A stretch of DNA of 64,000 nucleotides from Candidatus Latescibacterota bacterium. GTDB taxonomy: Bacteria; Latescibacterota; UBA2968; UBA8231. The notes under the pieces are model-generated. The model was not told the origin of the DNA. It saw only the letters and a program-made list of their open reading frames with translations, and made no database searches. The translations under genes were made by a program, and so were the position numbers. Of this stretch, positions 1-8,090 are shown one piece after another. Every line of letters begins with the position of its first letter. Within the stretch, counting starts at the first letter, position 1. The DNA lies in contig CBDETY010000003.1 of the NCBI GenBank assembly GCA_965243025.1, positions 2,944,001-3,008,000 on the forward strand, in the 5' to 3' direction.

Positions 1-788
1 AAGATGATGTTCTGGACCGGTTCACCGGAAAACTGGAACTCGAGCACGGGGCTCTTGTTGTCCAGAACTTCCGTGACGACGTCGAAGTCCAGGACGCGAA
101 CCCCCTTCCCGGGACCGGTGTGCAGCTTGTGCCATATCTCCCTCTCCCGGAAGCCGATCTTCAGGGGATCTCCGTCGTTGATCCCCACGGTGTAAGTGGG
201 GATAAATCGGTCGTCTTCGGTGCCCGGCGGCGGAAACACGCGGATCGAGTGGAGGGGAAAAACACCTGGAAGGGTCACCCAGATGTGTTTGCACCTTCCA
301 ATCAGATCGGTATCAGTCCTTACTGATTCAGTATCCGCATCCCCGCAGTAAGGCGCCCCCTGAGAGCCGACATAAGGAAACTGACCGACGTAGTAGGTTT
401 CAGAATCACCGTCCCACATCGTCTCCATGGCATCTTCCTGCTGGAATCCGTTGTATCCCGCCCATCCTTTTATCAGGCCACCTGCGGCCTTGACCTGCGG
501 CGTGAGGTTCAACGTGTTGGGCAGGAATTGGGGGCGTATGGAATCGGGGTGGATTTCGACGAGGTCGGAGCCGCCCAAGGGCAGCTCGTCCAGCTCATCC
601 CAGGAGAGCTGAATAAACTGCATGGAGTCAGCAGGGGCGCCCACAGAGTCGGTATCCGGCGGAAGAAGGCTCTCTCCGCCGATCCGGTAGATGGTCAGGG
701 CCGAACTCTGCGACAGGCCCATCAAGGCGGTTGTGCAGCAGCAGAGAAAAACCAGTCTGGTCGACCTCGAACTCAAAGCGACTCCCAT
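1..788 (-). CDS. Secreted discoidin-like/FlgD-Ig family protein, 5' part only (runs off the left edge); paralogue of 11111 and 13136
   Basis: Absent from the ORF track. Manual translation from ATG 788 (AGGAG RBS upstream) is open to the window edge: MGVALSSRSTRLVFLCCCTTALMGLSQSSALTIYRIGGESL...VLEFQFSGEPVQNII, colinear with 13136..15103. Confidence 0.9.
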   Translation of the reverse strand, partial: MGVALSSRSTRLVFLCCCTTALMGLSQSSALTIYRIGGESLLPPDTDSVGAPADSMQFIQLSWDELDELPLGGSDLVEIHPDSIRPQFLPNTLNLTPQVKAAGGLIKGWAGYNGFQQEDAMETMWDGDSETYYVGQFPYVGSQGAPYCGDADTESVRTDTDLIGRCKHIWVTLPGVFPLHSIRVFPPPGTEDDRFIPTYTVGINDGDPLKIGFREREIWHKLHTGPGKGVRVLDFDVVTEVLDNKSPVLEFQFSGEPVQNII

Positions 789-894
789 CACGGTCTCCTG
801 GTGTCGTGCCGCGGGACCAGCTTGCCAAAGTCGGGGCGGCAAACCTGGGCGCATCGCGTCCGATTTGGAATAGGATACATCCGACGCGACGCAA

Positions 895-3567
895 TCAGTA
901 GGCGACGGCGACGGTTCGAATGACCTCGCGCCCGTCGAGGCCGGCCCCCGCCTCGTCCGCCTCCACCTGAAAGCGCAGGGCATACACCCCCGGGGGCACC
1001 CGCACCCCGCCGGCGTCGGCTCCGTCCCACCTCATCTCGTAGGTGCCCGCGCTCACCTCTTCCCGCTGGCGCAGGGTGCGCACCAACCGGCCGCTCAGGT
1101 CGAAGACGCTGACCGCCACCGCACGACTGGCCCCCACCAGCACCACCGCGAAGCGGAACACCGCCTCGTCGTTGACCCCGTCCCCGTTCGGCGTGAACGC
1201 AGCGGGAAGCTCGAACGCCGTCATCAGCTGCCGGCGCTCCTGCACCCCCACCACCAGCAGGCGGTTGCTGTCGACCCCCTCGACGGCATTGCCCCCGTCC
1301 ACCTGCTGCCAGACCGTCTCCCCCTCGCCGGAAAACCGGGCAAACGCCTGCACCTGCCCGCCAATCGAATACAACCGCCCCGTGAAGTCGAGGCGAAGCA
1401 CTTCCAGGTCGGCGTCCGGCTCGATGAGGGGAAAGGAAACCAGCAGACTGTCCCCGGCCGGCCCGAGCTGGACGGCGTCGGTCAGGACAAAGGAGGACGG
1501 ATCGCCGGCCGCTGTCAGCTCCTGCTCCGGTCCGGCCAGCAGGCGGGTGAAGCCCTCCAGGCTGAGGCCGTCCGGAGCGGTCAGCAGGAGCCCGTCGAAC
1601 CCGGGGTTGGCGCGCCCGAAGTCGGGACGCACGTACAGGGAAAACGGCCGCTCGACGGCCAGGGACTCGACCCGAGCCGGAGTCACCTCCCCCAGAAAGC
1701 GCTGCGCCAGCGGCTCGGCGTACTTCAGGCGCACGCTGCGCAGGGTGGCGGCCGCCTCGGGGCTGTCCGAGACCAGGGTGGCGCGCATCTGCACGAAGTT
1801 GCGCGGCGACGGCGAGGTGATGCGGCTGCCCGACACCGGATACGGCTCGCTCCAGGCGCTGGCGTCGCTGCCCATGACTTCCTCGATGACGATGTCCCCT
1901 CTGAGAGTGTTGGGGGGAAGCTCGACCTTCGGGTTGGGCTCCTTGAGCTTGTCGTACCTCTCCGCCGTCACCTCCTCGCCGAGGCCGTTGAAATAATGGT
2001 TGACCTCCGACTTCGTGCTGCTGGTGCGGGTCTGCAGTAAGACGCGGGTTCCGGGCGGGGTGTCGGCGTCCCACTCGATGGCGGTCAGCGTGCGCGTGCC
2101 GCGCAGGTCGATGAGGGGGGACTCGAGGCTCACCCGCGGTTGATACCCCTCCCCGAACATGCGCAGCTCCGTGAGCGGATACGCTTGGGCCCTTGAAACC
2201 ACCCACTCGTCGTCGTTTACGTACAGGAGCCGGAAGAAGCGAGCCCGTACGGGGGCGAAGGAATGGCGCTCGGACTGCACCCCTGATCGGTGGATTTCGC
2301 TCAGAACACGGGCGACGACAGGCACCGTTCTGATGGGCTGCTGGATGCGTTTGGCCGTGACCCATTCGAGGCTGCCGTCGACTCTCCGGGAGCCGTCGGA
2401 GAAATCGAGCTGGAAATCCCCGAAGGTGAAATTCTGGCCGCCTCCCCTGAGATTGTTGACCATCTGCAGATTGCTGATCCAGAAAAAGGACCCCAGGTCT
2501 GCGATCAATTCCCGTTCAGCCCTGTAAGGTTTGACCAGAAACGAGCTGGAGATGTCGCCGTCGAACATATCCCCCGGATTTGAAGTGGACGGCGGCTGAG
2601 TGGTAATACTGCCGCCCCTGTCGAGGAGACGGCGCGCAAGGTCCTCCCCTTCCTCCCAGATCTCGAGCTCGGCCAGACGAGGCCGTTCGCGGCGGTAATA
2701 GCGGATCGGGCCCTTCCGATCCTCCGGCAGGCGGCGGTAGTTTTCTTCCGGCACGACCAGCAGCTGGCCATCACCCAGGCGCTTCACGTAATCCACCGCG
2801 CCACGGTCTTCATCGGGCAACTCTTCGTACGTGGCGGCGTCGATCTCCTCGGCGCGGCCAAGGCGCGAGCCGCGCACCACCAGCTGCAGGTAACGGGCGA
2901 CGTTCTTGCGGGCATCGGCGGGCGCGTCCGAAAGGTCGATCTCGAACAGACGCTGGGTGGTGTTGGGCGTCAACAGCTGCAGGACGGGCAGGTATTCGAG
3001 GGATTCCCCGGCGACGGCCGAGTTCGGTTTCTGCCCGTCCGAGGTCAGCACGTCGAACAGGTAAAGGGGATCCCCTCCCACATCCTCGTCGACGAAGCGC
3101 AGCGCAATCCGGTTGAGCACGACCAGACGGCCCAGATCGAGGGTGAACCACCACTGAGTGGCGAGTTCGGCCCCCTTTGGAAGGAGGGCTGGCTCCCAGT
3201 AGGTGGAAGGATCCCCATCCAGGATGGAAGGCAGACCCTCGCGATTCGAATCCCCGTCGACTGCGTCGAGCAGAGTAATCTCCTCCGGGGCCTTGTCGGC
3301 GAGGTGATCGGGCGGCTGTTCGCGGAGGAAGTCGACAATGCTGTCCACCGCGTTCGTCTCCAGGGTCCAGCGCCGGGGTCCTATGCCGACCGCGTCGATC
3401 TCGAGGGTACCAACCGGAAACAGCCAGTCTGCCCAGTGCTCCCGCGTATCGGCGACGATCTGGCGCCCGGAGCGGTCGAGGCGATACCCGGCCTGCCCCC
3501 AGAGCTCGGAGCCGGTGAGTACCAGTACGGCCGCAAGGGCGATCACTGGGTTCGAATTCCTCTGCAT
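895..3567 (-). CDS. Secreted protein with two discoidin/F5-8C-like domains and a C-terminal FlgD-Ig/CHU_C-like domain
   Basis: Signal peptide from ATG 3567 (MQRNSNPVIALAAVLVL). Discoidin-like motifs DGD..TYW, TLDLG, ELEIW/ELRMF. C-terminal FTPNGDGVND...FDLSGRLVR...WDG...PPGVY. Paralogue of 15115..17814. Confidence 0.85.
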   Translation of the reverse strand: MQRNSNPVIALAAVLVLTGSELWGQAGYRLDRSGRQIVADTREHWADWLFPVGTLEIDAVGIGPRRWTLETNAVDSIVDFLREQPPDHLADKAPEEITLLDAVDGDSNREGLPSILDGDPSTYWEPALLPKGAELATQWWFTLDLGRLVVLNRIALRFVDEDVGGDPLYLFDVLTSDGQKPNSAVAGESLEYLPVLQLLTPNTTQRLFEIDLSDAPADARKNVARYLQLVVRGSRLGRAEEIDAATYEELPDEDRGAVDYVKRLGDGQLLVVPEENYRRLPEDRKGPIRYYRRERPRLAELEIWEEGEDLARRLLDRGGSITTQPPSTSNPGDMFDGDISSSFLVKPYRAERELIADLGSFFWISNLQMVNNLRGGGQNFTFGDFQLDFSDGSRRVDGSLEWVTAKRIQQPIRTVPVVARVLSEIHRSGVQSERHSFAPVRARFFRLLYVNDDEWVVSRAQAYPLTELRMFGEGYQPRVSLESPLIDLRGTRTLTAIEWDADTPPGTRVLLQTRTSSTKSEVNHYFNGLGEEVTAERYDKLKEPNPKVELPPNTLRGDIVIEEVMGSDASAWSEPYPVSGSRITSPSPRNFVQMRATLVSDSPEAAATLRSVRLKYAEPLAQRFLGEVTPARVESLAVERPFSLYVRPDFGRANPGFDGLLLTAPDGLSLEGFTRLLAGPEQELTAAGDPSSFVLTDAVQLGPAGDSLLVSFPLIEPDADLEVLRLDFTGRLYSIGGQVQAFARFSGEGETVWQQVDGGNAVEGVDSNRLLVVGVQERRQLMTAFELPAAFTPNGDGVNDEAVFRFAVVLVGASRAVAVSVFDLSGRLVRTLRQREEVSAGTYEMRWDGADAGGVRVPPGVYALRFQVEADEAGAGLDGREVIRTVAVAY
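897..1877 (-). repeat. Inverted repeat copy A (~981 bp), partner of 16832..17812
   Basis: Reverse complement matches 16832..17812. I saw one synonymous mismatch (1804 vs 16905). Shadow ORFs in other frames match too (1043..1996 vs 16713..17666). Confidence 0.9.
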
Positions 3568-3887
3568 AGTCGCCAAGGAGCCAGCAATGCGACCCGGATG
3601 CCCGTGAAGCGATCGCGGGTGTCCACGTCGCGTCACAGCAGGTTCGTCATCCCGCTTCGACCAGAGGTGGGTCGGGATACTTCCGGGATGGCTTGTCGAG
3701 GTATAAACAGGAATTTACAGCGCTGAAGGGCCCGTCTGCAATCAAAAATCGCCCCGATGGATGCAGGGTTCTCAACCAGGTCCCGTGCACTGATTGGAGA
3801 TTGACTTTCTCGTCGTGGGTGGGGGAGTTGCAAGGGAATGGGGTCCAAGGTTGGCAATGCGGCTTGGAGGCGAGCAAGAGCGCGCTC

Positions 3888-3924
3888 AAAAAAAGAGGGG
3901 GTGGATCCGACCGGATCCACCCCC
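3888..3924 (-). terminator. Rho-independent terminator after the 3954..4877 gene
   Basis: GGGGGTGGATCCG-GT-CGGATCCACCCCC hairpin followed by a T7 tract on the minus strand, 30 bp downstream of the stop codon. Confidence 0.85.
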
Positions 3925-3953
3925 AGACTCGAGATTGCAGACTGACCAGGTGC

Positions 3954-4877
3954 TTACCTCTGCATCGACGCCTTGATTACCCCCCAGCTCCCAGCCTTCA
4001 CAGCCGTATCTTCGTCTATCGGCATGACCAGGAAATCGGTGAAGAAGTCGGCGTCGCCGAAGTCTTCGGTAAAGGTCCCCAAGTTCCAACGCGAACAGCA
4101 TTCTGTGCCCTCTGCCCCACAATCGCAGTCGGCATAAGTGTCGTAGACACAGGTGGCAATCCCGACGATCTGACCTTCTTCGATGTCGTGGATGTTGTCG
4201 AAGCTGTAGTCGGGATCGTCCCACTTGAAGTCGTTGAAGCCCGGCAGGTAAAACTCGGCGACCAAGGTAAACTCCTCTTGGGAAAGGGGCTCCCCGGTGT
4301 AGCTGTAGGAGGCATCCATGAAGCGGGGATCCTCATACCAGTCGGCTGCCGTCTGCCAATTCCATGCCCAGTCGCCCGGCCCTTGCTGGGCACCGTCAGA
4401 GAAGAACAGGTGGTAGGGCTGGGCCCCACGGGACTTGGCGCGCTTCTGCTCCTCCTCTGTCTGACCCTCTTCGAACCAGAAGGAGCCCGCGCTGTGGTCG
4501 GCGTCGATCTTCGGTTCGAGGTCGGACCAGCCTGTCCATGAATCATCGAACCGTTCGTATGCCCAGTAGAACCGATCGTCCGCCGCATTGGCGGTTGGGA
4601 CAAAGCGGAACGACAGGCGCGCGGGGTCGACTCCCGTGGTAACGGGAGAGTTGCCCGGCTCGGTCTGGTACAGCGTACCCTCCTCAACACTGTCGTTGTC
4701 GAACCAGTACTCCTCGGGCACCACGTCCCACTCGGACAGGTTGGTGTCCAGGATCGGCATCCCCTCCGGCCACTGCCACAGGAAATGCAGCACACCCTCC
4801 GGTTCGTGCGCGTCGGGTGCGTCGGCGCTTGCGAACAGCAAGCACCCAACCGCGAAGGTTGTTGCGAGCTTTTTCAC
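3954..4877 (-). CDS. Secreted acidic CBM9/DOMON-like protein with a C-terminal TAV..SWGxIK tail
   Basis: GTG 4877 follows a GGAG RBS. Signal peptide VKKLATTFAVGCLLFASA. P.LD..LSEW motif, IDADHSAG, tail DTAVKAGSWGVIKASMQR. The fold assignment is tentative. Confidence 0.75.
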   Translation of the reverse strand: MKKLATTFAVGCLLFASADAPDAHEPEGVLHFLWQWPEGMPILDTNLSEWDVVPEEYWFDNDSVEEGTLYQTEPGNSPVTTGVDPARLSFRFVPTANAADDRFYWAYERFDDSWTGWSDLEPKIDADHSAGSFWFEEGQTEEEQKRAKSRGAQPYHLFFSDGAQQGPGDWAWNWQTAADWYEDPRFMDASYSYTGEPLSQEEFTLVAEFYLPGFNDFKWDDPDYSFDNIHDIEEGQIVGIATCVYDTYADCDCGAEGTECCSRWNLGTFTEDFGDADFFTDFLVMPIDEDTAVKAGSWGVIKASMQR

Positions 4878-5264
4878 GACTCCCCCCTTCTTTGGATTAA
4901 GGAAAGTATCCATGATGGATGGCAATGGAGAACCTTCTCCGGAACTGCCCGAATGTTCACATGGACGGGTCCAGTGGGTTTTTTTCGAAAAGACGCTACT
5001 TCATTTGATACGGTAGCCAATTCGCCAAGCGGGCACAAGCTTTTTTTCGATGGTCTCCCCCTCCTCCCTATTCCGTCTCCGGCTTTGGTTGCCCCCACGT
5101 GCGTGTCAGGGGGTTTGGGCAATTTCCCAAACGCGCGCACGGATTTCCGCGGACACCCTATTCCCGGAACTTTGGTTTGGCTATATTGCCGGATCCAAGG
5201 GCAGCAAGCCTGCTGGTCGCACACAGCCAAGCGCCGGAAACCCTGCTGTCAAGCCACGTTCGCG

Positions 5265-8090
5265 ATGAAGCCACTCAGAGCGTCCGGTTCTGTCCGCGCA
5301 GTTGTTGGCATCCTGCTGGGAGCAGCCTCGCCCCTCCTGTCCCTGGACCCGGCGGGGAAAGGGACATCCCAAGCCAGACTCGAGGTTCAACGCGGCGGCA
5401 AGCCTGCCTTCGATCCTCAGGGACCCGGCGTCCTGTTCGGAGCCCTCGACCCCACGATTCAGAGATGGTACGTCCCTTACGAGCTGTACCACGAGTACCG
5501 GTGGCAACCCTCGGCCTACTCCAACTACGCCCGCTACACCTATCAGAGGTATGTCGACACAGCACTGGAAGGCGATTACTTCTACGACTCTTTCGGTGAG
5601 TACGTCAGCAGGGGATGGTTGATCTACGACTGGCGACAGGTCCAGCCCGGGGATTTCGGCAGCTCCCTTTTCAAGGGGCAACGGTTCAATGGCTGGTTCA
5701 GCGGCGCCGTGGTCAGCGCCGACTCGAAGGGCCAGCACTCCTACGCGTTCACCGTAGGCAGTAGCCTTCGCACGGTTCTGACCCCACTGACTTTTTCAAA
5801 GCCGAGCTTCAACGGGGTCCAGATCGACTATCTGTCGGACCGCCTGTCCGCCACCATGCTCACCTCCCGCATCAGCGATCCCGGCCTCGATTTCACCCAG
5901 GCGCGGGCGCAGACCTCTTCCACCGGGTTGATCGGTGGCCGGGTCACGGCCGCGATCAGTGATCACCTCGAGTTGGGAGCCACCTTCGTCGACGCTCGCC
6001 ACTCCAACACGAACCTGGGAATATCAGAGGGTCACTTCATCGCCGGAAACCTCACGGGAGGGCAGAGCAGTCGGCCGGCCAACATCATCATCGTCGTCCT
6101 CGGGGACGACTCCCCTGAGGACGGGGAGGGAGGGGCGGCGCTCTTCCAACACGATGCAAGAATCACGGTACGGAATTTCGAGACCGGAGAGGAGACGGTC
6201 TTCTCACAGGACGAAGTAGTCGGCGAGGGATTGGTGTGGCCCCAGGTATTCGGCGGGTTTCAAAGGGAAGACCACCTGGCGGCCGACGGCGAGGAACTCA
6301 TCGTCCTCAACTACGACTTCACCGACATCGCCTTCCAACTCCCGAATGGATATGACATCTCGGACATCGTCAATATCGAGTTCGACTACGTCCTGGCCAA
6401 CGACTACACGGTCCGTTTCTGGTCCGACCGCCACTTGAAGCTGGCTCAGGGTAGCGAGATCACCATAACCACCCCTGTGACTCCGCAGGTCATCGCCGAC
6501 GAAGAGCCCGCCCTGCTCGCGGTCCGCCGAGCGGAGGGGAAGGTGGGAGATCTGTCTAACATGGAGCGGTTCCGGTTCGAATACGGCCTTCCCACGGCCA
6601 GCGTAGTGGCCGGATTCACCATCCGTGGGACCGACATCTGGGGCTTCGACCTGGACGGCGAATGGGATCGGAGCGTGCGCTATTCCCAGTACCCCAACGC
6701 GTCCCTGTTCCGGGAAAATGAGGATCACAAAATCAGCTCGCGGAGCGCGGATGCCTGGTATCTCACTCTGGCGAGGTCGGGGAATCCCTATTTCCTGTAC
6801 GGAGAGGCCTATTCCCTGGATCACGACTATTCCACCACCGCCTTCGTCGTTGACCGGGACGGCGGCATCTTCTACGACTTCCCCGCTGTCCACCAGTACG
6901 AGTTCGTCGACGACAACGACGACCAGGACCTCGTTCCGGAATGGGTGCGCAGCGGCGTGACCGATGTGGTCGACATCGTCGTTTACCCCGGCTGGGACGA
7001 GAACGGCGATTTCGTGTCGGACTTCAATCAGAACGACAATCCGACGATACGGAACGAGGTGCCTGACTTCGAAGAACCCTTTCTCCGACACGGGGTGGAT
7101 CGGCCGGAATTCCTCTTTGGCATCGATCTGAACAACAACGGCTGGATCGATCGCTTCGAAGATGACGACTTGGCGGACTATCCTTACAGGACGGACAGGC
7201 GGGGATACAACGCATTCGTCGGCGCTCACATTTCACCCGAGATGCGAATGCTGCTGGGGCGGACCGACGAGCGCACACTGTCTGAAGACCGCGACAACCG
7301 CACCACCTACGCTCTGTTCTCTTTCGACCGCGACTACGCGGGTTTCGGTCGAGTGCGGTTCTTCGACATGTTCAAGCGCGCGTCGGATTCGATTCCAGAC
7401 GACCGCCGGGCCATCACCTTCAACTTCGAAGCAGGGCGGCCCTTGGTGGAAGACGTGTTACCTGCCCAGGACACCTGGATCAACACAGCCTGGTTTGGAT
7501 TCGATTACACCGGCCTGTCCGGGTTCAGGTGGAACAACAAGCTGAAGTACGAGTTCTACCGGCAGGGACAGGACGGTCTGAGATCGATCTCCGGCGAACC
7601 CTTGCAGGAGGCCAGCACCTTCTTCGGGCTGATCAACAAGTGCGACTATGAACTGCGTCTCGGGCGAACCGATATTCAGCCGCGGGCAAAGAGCGAATTC
7701 CTGCGTGCGGAGCCGTTCCTTCGCGGCGAGGAGGACCGGCGTCAATGGACAGGAACCCTGAGCCTGATCGCGCACTTCCCGGTACTCTCCAACAGCGGTT
7801 TCACCACAGGGGTTGAATTCGTCCGATTCGACGAACAGAGCGTGGACGAACAAGAACTGGTCGAGGCTGGTATCGAGGGCGAAACCGGCGATCGGCGGTC
7901 CTTTGTCTATGGGATGCAGTTTCACAATGTGTCCGACTATCTGGGGTACCGGCTCACTCTGCAGTTGGGATTCCAACTGCAGCGGACATCCCGTGAACAG
8001 GTACAACTGTCGAAATCCGGACTGTTCGAGACCGGATCCAAAGCCGGAACCGAGGTGACCACCTTCATGACCGTCTACGCCGGGGTGTGA
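5265..8090 (+). CDS. Large secreted or outer-membrane hypothetical protein (beta-barrel-like, acidic Ca-binding-like motifs), paralogue 1
   Basis: ATG 5265 gives a signal peptide; the longer 4785 start is probably spurious. Shares GWLIYDWRQ, FVDDNDD, DRPEFLFGIDLNNNGW and NVSDYLGY with 8087 and 20136. Confidence 0.85.
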   Translation: MKPLRASGSVRAVVGILLGAASPLLSLDPAGKGTSQARLEVQRGGKPAFDPQGPGVLFGALDPTIQRWYVPYELYHEYRWQPSAYSNYARYTYQRYVDTALEGDYFYDSFGEYVSRGWLIYDWRQVQPGDFGSSLFKGQRFNGWFSGAVVSADSKGQHSYAFTVGSSLRTVLTPLTFSKPSFNGVQIDYLSDRLSATMLTSRISDPGLDFTQARAQTSSTGLIGGRVTAAISDHLELGATFVDARHSNTNLGISEGHFIAGNLTGGQSSRPANIIIVVLGDDSPEDGEGGAALFQHDARITVRNFETGEETVFSQDEVVGEGLVWPQVFGGFQREDHLAADGEELIVLNYDFTDIAFQLPNGYDISDIVNIEFDYVLANDYTVRFWSDRHLKLAQGSEITITTPVTPQVIADEEPALLAVRRAEGKVGDLSNMERFRFEYGLPTASVVAGFTIRGTDIWGFDLDGEWDRSVRYSQYPNASLFRENEDHKISSRSADAWYLTLARSGNPYFLYGEAYSLDHDYSTTAFVVDRDGGIFYDFPAVHQYEFVDDNDDQDLVPEWVRSGVTDVVDIVVYPGWDENGDFVSDFNQNDNPTIRNEVPDFEEPFLRHGVDRPEFLFGIDLNNNGWIDRFEDDDLADYPYRTDRRGYNAFVGAHISPEMRMLLGRTDERTLSEDRDNRTTYALFSFDRDYAGFGRVRFFDMFKRASDSIPDDRRAITFNFEAGRPLVEDVLPAQDTWINTAWFGFDYTGLSGFRWNNKLKYEFYRQGQDGLRSISGEPLQEASTFFGLINKCDYELRLGRTDIQPRAKSEFLRAEPFLRGEEDRRQWTGTLSLIAHFPVLSNSGFTTGVEFVRFDEQSVDEQELVEAGIEGETGDRRSFVYGMQFHNVSDYLGYRLTLQLGFQLQRTSREQVQLSKSGLFETGSKAGTEVTTFMTVYAGV

